A model generated the notes under the pieces. That model was given only the letters and a program-made list of their open reading frames with translations, did no database searches and was not told the DNA's origin. Source: Eledone cirrhosa (Eukaryota). Taken from it: DNA of 64,000 nucleotides. Positions 1 to 13,679 of the stretch are shown here, one piece after another (position 1 is the first letter of the stretch; each line of letters starts with the position of its first letter). A program made the position numbers and the translations under genes. The stretch lies in contig OZ024759.1 in the NCBI GenBank assembly GCA_964016885.1, forward strand, positions 28,334,001-28,398,000, read 5' to 3'.

Positions 1-7
1 ATATATG

Positions 8-94
<87 letters not shown>

Positions 95-424
95 GACTTC
101 GCAACAACCACGGCTGAGCTATTTCCGTTTCAAAAGCTAGATCCGAACACATATATGTATATATATATGTGTGTGTGTTGTGTGTGTGCGTGTATGTGTA
201 TTCGTATATGTTCATACACATACACAGTTACATACAAAGCAGTCGTAGTCACTGCAGATAATAATTTTTATTATACAGAAACTACGTAATATGACGGCTG
301 AAGCCAGATAACGTCAGTCTTCTCCATATCATTTACTGCACGACACACTATTTCATATGTGTCATATATATTAATGCTGTACGACATCGTGTGGTATCCA
401 TCAGGAATAGTGTTCCTATTCAAC

Positions 425-970
425 ACTTCTTATCGTGTCCACAAGTGTGTCGGCTACAAAGCTTGGCTAGATGTGGTTCCGCCGCAGCTGAACACACTGC
501 TGTCCTTTCCCATTAAACTCTGCCAAGTATAATGGTGTACAGGGGTGTTCCAGCAGGGGCCATAACTTGGGGTGCTGCGTAGTCTGTGGTTCGATGCCGC
601 ACTCACACACAACGTTCCCAACCTTTAATATCCCCATTTTGCAAGAGTGATTTTAGCACATCCAACACCAGATCTTAGTCTGTTTCCACACTACATAGTT
701 TTTATCTACTCGGGGGTGGGGGGCAGTGCCTCGCTCGCCTTTAGCTCCATTGTTGTTGCTGATGGGATGTTGTTAAGTTTTTCTTCTCAGCGTGGGACTG
801 ACAACAACGGATTATATCCTTTAAATATCCTCATTTTGCCAGATTGGCTTTTGCACGACCCACACCAAATCTTAGTTTGTTGAGGCATTTCCACACTGCA
901 TAGTTTATATCTGCTCCGGAGGAACAGTGCGTCGCTCGCCTTTAGCTCCTTTGTTCGACACCATTTGATA
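425..970 (-). mobile_element. Degenerate 3' end of a non-LTR retrotransposon (Vingi/Ingi-like), with the C-terminal segment present twice in tandem
   Basis: Minus-strand translation gives NRLRSGVGCAKITLAKWGY*..CECGIEPQTTQH..PLLEHPCTP..LAEF..* (about 470-690). A second diverged copy reads VWKCLNKLRFGVGRAKANLAK*GYL (about 815-900). Stops and frameshifts are present; it ends ...ggacacgataagaag. The clade call comes from recalled motif similarity. Confidence 0.7.
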
Positions 971-1269
971 TCTATCAAACTCTGTGCTACTACACGACGC
1001 TAGTTGATAGCTGTCACATTTCGTTCGGTGTAAGGCCACATAGTATATCTACCAGACAGTCTGTTGTCGTATGTCAAATGTCAAATTGTGTATTTATTAA
1101 TTCCCATGTAGCCAGCATGGCTTGTAGAATCAGCAACAGATCTTATTTTGCAATGTTTTTTATGTTTTTTTTTTTTTGTTTTTCTTTTTCATTCGTAATC
1201 TGGTGGAATAGTAATTATACAAAATCGATAATAAATTATTTGTAATCTGTTTTAATAGTGAATAGGCGC

Positions 1270-1435
1270 CGAGTTGACATGTCAGATAGATTCGTTAGAA
1301 TGTCAGATAGATTCCTTTGCGGTATTCGTTTTGTTTTTCTGCTTCCTGAGTTCAAAATCGGCCGAGGTCAACTTTGCCTTTCATCCATTCAAGGTGGAGG
1401 AAATAAGTACCAGTCTAGTACTGGGGGTCGATTCT
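1270..1435 (+). mobile_element. tRNA-derived SINE family 1 (diverged copy)
   Basis: Contains gagttcaaaatcggccgaggtcaactttgcctttcatcc...aataagtaccag, shared with the copies at 17351, 34697 and 54258. Confidence 0.75.
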
Positions 1436-1760
1436 TCCTCTTTATCTCTTTCTTATATCCATTCTGTCACTTTCTATCCTTCTCTGAAAGAAATATCTTG
1501 TATTCAGACTTGAAGAGGAGATTGGCTCCGCTAGGTTTTAAAAAGCCCTAGAAATGCTGTACGACAATATGGTGCCCTACGACCCCTCGTATGTGAAGGG
1601 ATCATTCCATACCTAACCATAATATTGAATAAGCGGTAAATTGACAGAGTCATTAAAACAGCGCCCTCTGGCCCTTCTCAAGGCCCCCTGGTGGGAAGTA
1701 ACGCCGAATTTGAGAACCTCTGCTTTAGAATGTCGGGTAGAACGCTGTATATCAATACAA

Positions 1761-2606
1761 AAATATTGTTTTCCTGATAGAAAATGAGTTTTATGGAAGA
1801 AAAAAGGAGAAAAATACAGAACATATTTCTAACTTAAGTTTATTGGTTTAGCGTTTTGTTTTTATTTTAGTTGAAGAATTTAGAAACGTTAACACGGTTT
1901 ATTTGAAATTCTCTTCTGATAGACACAGGAATTGCAGATGTACAGGTTCATACACACACACATACATACATACATGCATACATACATACATACATATATA
2001 CATACATACATACATACATACATACATACATACATACACATATACATATATACGTACATACATTCATACAAAATATGTAAAACATTCCAAAAATGTTGCA
2101 TCTAATAACTGCATATACAGATAAACAGATACAAAGCATATACACATGCACACATACAACTCAAAACATCCACATCCACACATACAATAACATCCATATC
2201 TACACATGCATGCATACATACATATCTACCTAGTTAATGTTGTGTAAATTCCAATGAGAGATTCTTGTATCTATGTTAGAAACCGACTCTCTCTCTATTG
2301 GTAAAACTTTGTGAAATTATAAAACCAGAAGAACATACATACATATCACAGAAACGATAGTAAAGTATTTATAATCTGGTTAAATAATAACCACACTGAA
2401 TCCCATTCACAGAAAGAAAATATGAAAATCATATCCAACAACAACAGAATTTAGGAATATAAAACAATAAAAAAGGTCTCATCTGAAGACAAAGTTAGTC
2501 GCCTCCGGGGTGTAACATTTACGACTCGTTGACTAGTTTTCATTTCTAAAGTTTAACTTTTCTTTCAATGAAGACTTACAGCTAGTAAAATTGATATTGT
2601 TTATTT

Positions 2607-2637
<31 letters not shown>

Positions 2638-2658
2638 CTCTCTCTCTATCTCTATCTC

Positions 2659-2751
<93 letters not shown>

Positions 2752-3004
2752 ATAGAGAGAGATACATATATATGTATCTCTCTCTCTCTCTCTTCTCTCA
2801 CATACTCTCTCTTGCTCTTTTTCTCTCACTCAATATCTTCCCTTTCTTTTCTCTCTCTCTCTCTCTCTCTCACTTTTCCTGTCCTTCCATTTCTCAACCC
2901 CCCTCTCTCTCTCTCTATCTATCTATATATCTATCTATCTATCTCTCTTTCTCTCTCTCTTTCTTTCGTTCTTTCTCTCTGGCGCTTTTCTGTCACTCCA
3001 TTTT

Positions 3005-3066
<62 letters not shown>

Positions 3067-3388
3067 TCACTCACTCACTCACTCACTCACTCACTCACTC
3101 ACTCTCTCTTTCTCTCTCTCTCTCTGTTGTGTTTGTTGTATTATTTCTGCAGTTGGAGAGGCAATGAAATAAAGAGAACTGTTCAAAGGTTAAATTTCCC
3201 AAGCGCCATATTTCTGCAATTTCTGTGTCTATCAGAAGAGAATTTCAAATAAAACGTGTTAACGTTCTCTAAATTCTTCAACTAAAATAAAAACAAAACG
3301 CTGAAACAATAAACTTAAGTTAGAAATATGTTCTGTAATGTTCTCTTTTCTTTCATAAAACTCATTTTCTATTAGAAAAACAATATTT
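1761..3388. repeat. Inverted repeat pair with ~180 bp arms (1761-1937 and 3212-3388)
   Basis: aaatattgttttcctgatag...cacaggaattgcaga is the diverged reverse complement of tctgcaatttctgtg...agaaaaacaatattt. Confidence 0.85.
2068..2343 (+). mobile_element. 3' end of an R4/Dong-type RLE LINE (last codons plus 3' UTR) inside (CATA)n
   Basis: Encodes KICKTFQKCCI*, and the UTR is the reverse complement of 38511-38790 and 53425-53700. It ends ccagaagaacatacatac. Confidence 0.85.
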
Positions 3389-3477
3389 CGTTAAGCGCCA
3401 TCTTGTTCGTGTCAGGGTAAATCTTTTAAAAATAATTTTTGTTTGTAAAATATCGATGTGAATCTTTTCATCATACA

Positions 3478-3578
<101 letters not shown>

Positions 3579-3593
3579 GTCTATAGATCTTTT

Positions 3594-3633
<40 letters not shown>

Positions 3634-3636
<3 letters not shown>

Positions 3637-3835
3637 CGAAGGAAATGTGGTAAGGGACCAGGTGGACCATAACGCACCAAAGTACTCAATACTTAGGATA
3701 GTAGAGTGGGTAATAGGAACAAGTAAGACCCCGACGGCTGAGCTCAAGCCGTTTCGACGGCTAATTCTGTACAGAATTCTGTACAGAATTAGCCGTCGAA
3801 ACGGCTTGAGCTCAGCCGTCGGGGTCTTACTTGTT

Positions 3836-3840
<5 letters not shown>
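3634..3840 (-). mobile_element. Fold-back PLE-like terminal element, family A, copy 1, flanked by (TA)n
   Basis: Palindrome ataggaac...gacggctaattctg / cagaattagccgtc...gttcctat. It carries the hammerhead 3' half GAAACGGCT-tgagctc-AGCCGTC. Homologous to 16265, 31611, 49461 and 56373. Confidence 0.8.
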
Positions 3841-3870
<30 letters not shown>

Positions 3871-3948
3871 GTGTATAATGGTAGCTATGGTGCTTCCATA
3901 GGCGGTATGCCAAAATTAACACTCGATATTCAGCAGAGTAGAATGTAG

Positions 3949-4729
3949 ATAGTATAAAGAAAACGAAAAATCAGTGATGCATCTGGACTTAATTTATTGC
4001 GTGTTACAATTGTTTCGCCGGCAGGTAGCTCGAGACATGGTCCTTGTATGGCTCTGGCTGATTCTACTGCTGCAGGTTCTTTCAGACACGGGTATTTCGT
4101 CTGGAGCAAATTTTATCACTGGGGTGTTATCATAAAAAAACACCTTTAAAAAACCCTACTTCCACTCTTGTCATGCCATTGGCTGTTTTTACTCCACGTC
4201 ATCACGAGTTCTGGTCAGTATTTACTGCCACACGGGTCATTGGCCATTTTCCGTCCGACACATTTCAATGGAGTCATGCTGGGTTCAGTATTTCACATGT
4301 CTTTTCACACTTCACATACTAATATACACACACATACACACACACACATGCAGACACATATATTTATGCATACACACATGTACGCCTACATGCGCAGACA
4401 CACACACACCCACATACATATATAAATGTATATATACACACACATTCTCTCTCTCACTTCCACAGACCCATTCACACCCACTTGTAGATACATATCGCCA
4501 CAAGCCTTATGGCGGCTGCTTAATTCGCGCTATGTATTCGGTGGAATAAGCATGGCCTACTCAAACAAACACATATATACATACATACGCGTGAACACAT
4601 ACCTGTGTATACATATATATATACACATATATACATACATACACACACATACTTATATATATACTCACACATGCCCACACATACATACAAATACACATAC
4701 GTACACAAACATTACATACACACGTACAT

Positions 4730-4812
<83 letters not shown>

Positions 4813-5287
4813 AAAGAACGTGGGTGTGTGTGTCTGCGCATGTAGGCGTACATGTGTGTATGCATAAATATATCTGTGTCTGCATGTGTGTATGTGTGTG
4901 TATATTAGTATGTGTGGGTGCTTACTCTGAAGTGAGAACAGACGTGTGAAATACTAAACCCAGCATGACTCCATTGAAATGTGTCGGACGGAAAATGGCT
5001 GATGACCCGTGTGGCAGTAAATACTGACCAGAACTTGTGATGACGTGGAGTAAAAACAGCCAATGGCATGACAAGAGTGGAAGTAGGGTTTTTTTAGGGT
5101 GTTTTTTTATGATAACACCCCAGTGATAAAATTTGCTCCAGACGAAACACCCGTGTCTGAAAGAACCCGCAGAAGTAGAATCAGCCAGATCCATACAAGG
5201 ACCATGTCTCGAGCTACCTGCCGGCGAAACAATTGTAGCACGCAATAAATTAAGTCCAGATGCATCACTGATTTTTCGTTTTCTTTA

Positions 5288-5292
<5 letters not shown>
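3949..5292. repeat. Large inverted repeat with ~465 bp arms (3949-4412 and 4819-5292), probably a PLE pLTR inversion
   Basis: Both arms give near-identical ORF-track peptides on opposite strands (LSCHWLFLLHVITSSGQYLLPHGS). The right arm ends cgaaacaattgtagcacgcaataaa...tac(TA)n. Confidence 0.9.
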
Positions 5293-5324
<32 letters not shown>

Positions 5325-5326
<2 letters not shown>

Positions 5327-6085
5327 AATATATTACACAGAGAGAAGTGTGTTACACAGTGAGATGTGTGTAAAAAATCATTACATGTGAGTTTAACCGT
5401 TACTGTATGGAGAACAATACCTACAAGTTACCAATTAAATAGAAAAAAGACTAAGTCAGAATCAAATCTCTGAAGTAGAGTTTTAAACTACTAACCTTAT
5501 AACTTTAAACTTACTGATACGAATTTAGTTCGTTTCACCACAGAAATGTGCGGTATAATAGCCCATAGGATCCTCAGTCAGCAAGTATGGGTACTGTTCA
5601 CGACACATCTAGCCTAATGGATAGAGAGAAAGTTTATAACACGCTGCCCAGAGTAGGGCGAAATCACGTGTTATTTGCATCAAATAATGGCTCTCATGAA
5701 TTAGGGGAAATGCTAGAGAGAGCAGCACAACCATTCGAATATATGAGCTCAACCATCTGGAGCTCATTAAATATACCAAGATCGGAATTAAAGTATTCCG
5801 CAGTTCACAGTAATAATAATACTAACTCGAAGAAGAACAGAGAATTTCAACTGAGCTCAAATATAAATATATTTCACAGAGAGAAGTGTGTTACACAGTG
5901 AGATGTGAGTTCTCCATACAGTAACGGTTAAATTCACATGTAATAATTTTTTTACACACATCTCACTGTGTAACACACTTCTCTCTGTGTAATATATTTG
6001 TATTTGAGCTCAGATGAAATTCTCTGTTCTTCTTCGAGCTAGTATTATTATTACTGTGAACTGCGGAATACTTTAATTCCGATCT
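5325..6085. mobile_element. Rearranged PLE-like remnant with nested inversions (5325-5414 vs 5909-6000; 5779-5905 vs 5958-6085)
   Basis: Direct reverse-complement matches between the segments. Flanked by (TA)n on both sides and contains the hammerhead at 5510-5585. Confidence 0.7.
5510..5585 (-). ncRNA. Type I hammerhead ribozyme
   Basis: Minus strand: CTTGCTGA-CTGAGGA-stem II (imperfect, T.T at the base)-GAAA-CGAA-ctaaa-TTCG-TA^TCAGTAAG. Stem I is 8 bp with one G.U, stem III is 5 bp, and the cleavage triplet is GUA. Confidence 0.75.
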
Positions 6086-6088
6086 TTG

Positions 6089-6140
<52 letters not shown>

Positions 6141-6198
6141 TATATATATATATTTATATATATATATTTATATATATATATTTATATATATATATTTA

Positions 6199-6229
<31 letters not shown>

Positions 6230-6238
6230 ATATATGTA

Positions 6239-6289
<51 letters not shown>

Positions 6290-6344
6290 GTATATATGTA
6301 TATATATATATATGTATATATGTATATATATATATGTATATATG

Positions 6345-6379
<35 letters not shown>

Positions 6380-6514
6380 ATATGTATATATATATGTATG
6401 TATATATGTATATATATATGTATGTATGTATGGATATATATATGTATGTATGTATGTATGGATATATATATGTATGTATGTATATATATATGTATATATG
6501 TATATATATATATG

Positions 6515-6551
<37 letters not shown>

Positions 6552-6564
6552 ATGTATATATATA

Positions 6565-6600
<36 letters not shown>

Positions 6601-6654
6601 TATATATACATATATGTATATATATATACATATATACATATATGTATATATGTA

Positions 6655-6741
<87 letters not shown>

Positions 6742-7589
6742 GTATGTATATGTAAGTATTCTCAGGATGATTAAAAGTTGCTTTTCTCAAGGAGAATCAA
6801 GAACTGTGATATAAATTAATGTTAAAAATAATTTATAGAAGCTAATACACTTACACTAAATATTTCCTTCCTCCTGTAAACATCTGGAATTCTTTTTAAT
6901 CGAGAGAGAGAAGATTAACTTCAATATGTGTGTGGAGGGGGGGCGTGTGTGCGTGTGCGTGTCTGTCATGGCGCACGGGTTAGTGGTGAGAGCATTGTTC
7001 TTGCAATCGGCCCAGAGTCGATTTCAACTAGAGAAAGTCAGAAAGAGATATAGAAGAAAATTTGAACCCAGTGCTCGACTGGTTCTTTTTTCATCGACCT
7101 CGAAAGGAAGAAAAGCAAAGTTGAAATTGGCGAGAACGAATGCTCCAAAGTGTTCTCACCCATCGTTATATCTGAGGGAAGGGTGTCATGGACTTATCGA
7201 CCAGCCCTCTCCCTATCTTTTCCGGCCTCTCGCCATTGCCGTACATTCCACCAAACTAATGAAATACAAATATGAAATAAAGAAAAATGATTCCTAAAAT
7301 AAATACCACCATTTTAGTGAATATATATTAAAAAAAAAACAGTTTTTAACATGAAATAACCGATGTCAGATGATTAGCAGAGTGAGATAGATAAGCTAAG
7401 AAACAATCTATAATGTTTTGGATCTTTATAGTGGCAGAGTAAGAAACATCAAAGAATATTTGTAATAAAAAAGTTTTATGTCAATTCTTCTAATTCACAA
7501 CAACATTTATTGTCGTCACATCTGCTTCTTAAGCCATTTCAACAATTCTAAATTTGTCTGTCTCTATTCTATTGTCAATCAATCACCAG

Positions 7590-7682
<93 letters not shown>

Positions 7683-7814
7683 CTTTCCCTCTCTCTCCCT
7701 CTCCCTCTCTCTCCCTCTCTATATATATATTCATTTATATATATATATATACATATAAATATATATATTGATATTTATATTGATATTTATATAATATATA
7801 TTGATATATATTTA

Positions 7815-7875
<61 letters not shown>

Positions 7876-8433
7876 ACATATACATACACCATGCACATAT
7901 ACATACACATATACATACATATATACATATACACACATATGCAGATAAACATATACATATACACATATACATACACATATACATACATATACACAAACAC
8001 ATGGACATATACACATACACATATACATGTACACATATACATACACATATACATATTCACACATACATATACACATACACATATGCATATACATACACAT
8101 GGGTTAATCGATTTAGTCATACATTTGCATAGTCATCTAATTACATATTCCCGATGTTATCAAAGTATTTAATATGCTTCTTTGGTATGTCCGTATATCA
8201 TATTAATATGCAAATTTATGTACACTTACAACCATAGCTCCACTCCACCCATCCCCATTAAGAATCTTTGTTATATGTTATATGTATATAAGAATATTTT
8301 GACGTGTGTATATATATATATATTTATATATATACATATATATGAATGTATGTGTTTATGAATATACATACATATATGTATATATATTATCTATATGAAT
8401 GAATGTATGTGTTTATGAACATACATACATACG

Positions 8434-8468
<35 letters not shown>

Positions 8469-8739
8469 TGTACGTTGTATATATGTTAATAGCAAGGGTC
8501 ATTACATACATACAACACAATATTGTTGGTAAGATCATAGTCAATATATTCTACGATTTAAGTTCGATCCCTCGCTCAGTAAATATCTTCGAGAAAGGCA
8601 TGAACATCACTAATGCTCTTTTACCTCTTCCGTTAGGCAATTGATTTAATATTTACCAGTCAAAGAGATCGATAATGACCACATCTAACTACATAATAAA
8701 TTCTAAGAACTTAGAATATATTATATATACAGTGCTCCT

Positions 8740-8778
<39 letters not shown>

Positions 8779-8932
8779 TAGATAGATTTTGAGTTTATGT
8801 TGGTTGTATACCAACACCTCAGTATGCAGGCTGGAGCACTCGACGAAGTGCGCAGGTTGGTTTGGTTACTCCGGAGTAGTGTAAAATAAAGTTAAATAAA
8901 AGTCAAATGATTAAAATTTAGCTTCGTTTATT

Positions 8933-8987
8933 ACTGCTATATATATTTCAGTGACAGCCATCTTTGGCTGTGACCTCTTCAGGCAGT
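8933..8987 (-). ncRNA. Type I hammerhead ribozyme (family D)
   Basis: Minus strand: ACTGC-CTGAAGA-GGTCACAGCCA-aaga-TGGCTGTCACT-GAAA-TATATA-TA^GCAGT, followed by AATAAA. Confidence 0.85.
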
Positions 8988-9026
8988 TTGAATTAGTATG
9001 GTATATTTATATATATATGCAGTGCG

Positions 9027-9104
<78 letters not shown>

Positions 9105-9133
9105 GTATATATATGCTGTGCTTCTTATTATTT

Positions 9134-9164
<31 letters not shown>

Positions 9165-9415
9165 AGCAAGTATTGCACCAAGAAAAATATAGACTTTCGC
9201 ATGAAACGAAAGTAGGAATTTATTGACTTTAACATATGTTTCTGTGTCTGATATATGTCTACATATGCTGACTGCAATATATATTGCTTGCTCATATGCA
9301 ATACTTAGTAGAACTATAAGCTTACGCCGTATTTCACTAATGAAGTTAGTCTGATAAGTGGAGATTTCTACTCTGAATAGAAAAAAGATTAGTATTGACG
9401 TAAATAGGAGTTGAA

Positions 9416-9850
9416 AGTGAAGGTGCATGGCTTAGTTGTTAGAGCATTGGGCTTGTAATCGAAAGGTTGTGAGTTCGATTCTCCCGGGTGATGTGTTGTG
9501 TCCTTGAGCAAGACACTTTAATTCACGTTGCTCCAGTTTACTCAGCTGTAGAAATGAGATATGATCCTGCCAAATCAATGGGTGGCAGTAGTTCCAGCTG
9601 CCCGCATCGAAAGACTGGTGTAGTGGTTCTGAGAACAATGCGGCTTTGCAGATGGTCAATGTAAATTGAGATTGGAAAGGCGCTTCCGCTCGAGTTAGAA
9701 GAGAACTATTGACCTTCAGGAGAAGCAGCGACCCCTGGTTGTATTCAGTAACCCAAACAAATATGAAGTACACCAAATCCAATGTTCCTAGGAGCGGCCC
9801 TGGTTCTTCTTATTTGCGAGTGTAAACTCGGCCAGGTTAGATTAGATGAG
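9416..9850 (+). mobile_element. tRNA-derived SINE family 2 with a long 3' tail ending in (TTAGA)n
   Basis: A/B-box-like head tggcttagttgttagagc...gagttcgattc, then gtgtccttgagcaagacacttta. The first ~150 bp match 50953-51100. Confidence 0.75.
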
Positions 9851-10019
9851 ATAGGAGTCGAACCCACATCTTTGGTTATCTAAAGCTGTGGGTTCGACCC
9901 TGTGACTGTGCCTGTGTATTTATGTATGAGAAAGAAAGTGAGGGGAGAGATATGTGTGCGTGTGTATGATTAGGTGTATGTGTACATTTGTATATCAGCA
10001 TATTTCGTATTATGCACTT

Positions 10020-10380
10020 AAGACGCACACGCAGACATATATATCTGTGTATGTATGTCTGTGTAGGTGTGTTTGTTTGTATGTATGTCTGTATATATAT
10101 ATGTGTATATATATATGTGTATACTTATTTGTTATTCTGTGTGTATGTATGTCTATATGTGTGTTTGTGTGTAAATATGTATGTCTGTGTATATATATAT
10201 ATATATATATGTATGTATATATCAGTGTGTTTGTGTGTGTATATATATATATAAGTCTGTATCTGTGTTTTTGTGTGTATATATGTATGTCTGTATATAT
10301 ATATATGTCTGAATATATATACATGTATCTGTGTATATGTGTGTTTGTGTGTGTATATATGTATGTGTCTATTCTGTGTG

Positions 10381-10473
<93 letters not shown>

Positions 10474-10900
10474 GTATGTCTGTATACATACGTATTTGTG
10501 ATTCTGTGTATGTATGTCTATATGTGTGTGTTCTTTGTGTATATATGTATGTCTGTATATATATGTATGTGTATATATATGTATCTATGTATCTCTATAT
10601 CTGTGTATGTCTGTATATGTGTGTATCTGTATGTATGTCTGTATATCTGTGTATGTCTATATATACATGTATCTGTGTGTGTGTACATACATAACTACAA
10701 CCGTTATGTCAGCATATTTCCAAATCTTTACAAAACACTCATTAATGAACTGAATATTTAAACCACATTTCTAATTCACTTTCTTTTCTCCGCCATAACT
10801 TCTTTCAATCTATTTACAACACAGTCTTTCTACAACTGGATTACACATACTTCTTCTTTGCCTTTTTCTTTGCCTTCTTCTTTTCTTTCTTCTTCTTCTT
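10020..10900. repeat. Paralogue of 54095-54630 in inverted orientation (empty SINE site)
   Basis: 10690-10860 is the reverse complement of 54130-54257 joined to 54424-54500. Confidence 0.85.
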
Positions 10901-11238
10901 GACTTTCTTCTTCTTCTTCTTCGTCATTTTCTTCTTCTTCTTCTTCTTCTTCTTCTTCTTCTTCTTCTTCTTCTTCTTCTTCTTTGCCTTTTTCTTTGCC
11001 TTTTTCTTTGCGTTCTTCTTTTCTTCTTCTTTGCCGTCGTCTTTTTCTTTGCCTTCTTCTTCGTTTAATTCTTCTTCTTCTTCTTCTTCTTCTTCTTCTT
11101 CTTTGCCTTTTTCTTTGCGTTCTTCTTTTCTTCTTCTTTGCCGTCGTCTTTTTCTTTGCCTTCTTCTTCGTTTAATTCTTCTTCTTCTTCTTCTTCTTCT
11201 TCTTCTTCTTCTTCTTCTTCTTCTTCTTCTTCTTCTTC
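10850..11238. repeat. (TTC)n microsatellite with an internal ~110 bp tandem duplication
   Basis: ctttgcctttttctttgcgttcttc...cgtttaattc occurs twice. Confidence 0.9.
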
Positions 11239-11482
11239 GGCAAATTAGTAGTACTGCCACTAATGCTGGTAAAGACGCTGACGATGATGATGATTTCTTA
11301 GAGATTTGCATTAAAATCTGAAATATCTGTTTGAAAATGTGCAGTTAATTGCCAGAGGCCACGAATAATAAACTTCCATCTTGTTTATATTTCACACACT
11401 CATATATATGTACATATATATATATATAGATATATATATAGATATATATATGTATGTATATATATGTTTATGTATGTATATG

Positions 11483-11578
<96 letters not shown>

Positions 11579-11686
11579 GGTATATATATGTATGTATATA
11601 TATGTATATATATATGTATATATATATGTATGTATATATATGTATATATATATGTATATATATATATATGTATAAATATATATATG

Positions 11687-11728
<42 letters not shown>

Positions 11729-11824
11729 TATGTGTATATACATATGTAGGTATATATATGTATGTATATATATGTATATATATATGTATGTATATATATG
11801 TATATATATGTATGTATATATATG

Positions 11825-11875
<51 letters not shown>

Positions 11876-11924
11876 GTATATATATATGTATATATATATA
11901 TATATATGTATAAATATATATATG

Positions 11925-11978
<54 letters not shown>

Positions 11979-12036
11979 CATATGTAGGTATATATATGTA
12001 TGTATATATATGTATATATATGTATGTATATATATG

Positions 12037-12087
<51 letters not shown>

Positions 12088-12100
12088 GTATATATATATG

Positions 12101-12131
<31 letters not shown>

Positions 12132-12150
12132 GTATAAATATATATATGTA

Positions 12151-12181
<31 letters not shown>

Positions 12182-12577
12182 ATATATATATATGTACATA
12201 TATATATGTATATATATATATATATGTATATATGTATATATATATATATGTACATATATATATGTATATATATATATATATACGTATATATGTATATATA
12301 TATATATGTGTGTATGTGTATGTGTGTGTGTTTGTATATATATATATATATTTGTATATATGTTTGTTATAAATACTTTATATCACAGAGAGAGAGACGA
12401 AGCAATGATGGTAGAGTGATAGATAAAAAGAAAGATAAAGAATTCGAGACTTGTGCAAATCTCGTTTCACTAAGACGGGAATGAAATTAAATAGAATAGA
12501 ATTATCTTCTCATTAATACGATCAGATTTATTACGGAAAAGATTTGGAACAGAGTTAGTGTTGTTGTTGATTCTACT

Positions 12578-12634
<57 letters not shown>

Positions 12635-12745
12635 TTGGTGGTGGTGGTAGTGGTGGTGGTAGTAGTACTAGTAGTAGTAGTAGTAGTAGTTGCAGTAGTA
12701 GTTGCAGTAGTAGTGGTGATGGTGGTGGTTGTTGTAGTAGTTGCT

Positions 12746-12786
<41 letters not shown>

Positions 12787-12787
12787 T
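12578..12787. repeat. (GTA)n/(GTG)n triplet repeat
   Basis: Direct inspection. Confidence 0.95.
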
Positions 12788-13370
12788 CTTATTGTTCTAG
12801 TTGCTTTTAAACTTTGTTCCTTATCTTAGCACTTAATTAACAGAAACAAACTTTGCCATTTAAGAAGAAATCTTAATTCCTATTTCATGTGAACTCCATG
12901 TAAAATCACATTTCGTTTTAATGGTGTACACTACACAGACAAAATATTAGGTTTTTTTGTGGTTAGGGATGTGTAGGAGGGACAGAAAGGAAATTTCAGG
13001 TGTAACTTAAACATTTATTTCCTAGTCAATATAAAAAATGATTGATACATGATTACACAGCATTAATTATTGAGAAAATATACTTGAGGCGGAAAACTTA
13101 TTGATTAGAATTTAACCGTACAGAATTTTAAAAGCTATGGTTTGAAACCAATTTAGAAAATAAAATACAAAATCCAGAGGATTTTGCTAAGAAAATCGTG
13201 AATTTCTAAACATTCAATTCCAATGTATTTAATTGCAAATAAATTTTAATTACAATTTTATTAGCACGAATTGATTGACTTCACTATGAATTAGTTCACT
13301 CATACATACATACATACATACATACATACATACATACATACATACATACATACATACATACATACATACA

Positions 13371-13406
<36 letters not shown>

Positions 13407-13527
13407 TACACACACACATATATATATATGTGTGTGTGTGCGTATAATTAAATATATTATATACACATATATCCGTATGTATATAATTGTATATATGAAT
13501 ATGTATATTATACACACATAAACACAC

Positions 13528-13627
<100 letters not shown>

Positions 13628-13679
13628 GTATATATAAATATCATGATAAACTAACGGAGCCATAGACTCTCGCCGTTCC

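Noticed and set aside
3720-3840. Palindromic family A repeats as CRISPR repeats or terminators
   Set aside because: They are dispersed with no spacer array and no cas genes, in a eukaryotic context.
10841-11311. 156 aa R/K/E-rich, protamine-like ORF
   Set aside because: It is (GAA)n repeat read in shifting phases, and the paralogous locus at 54095 does not preserve it.
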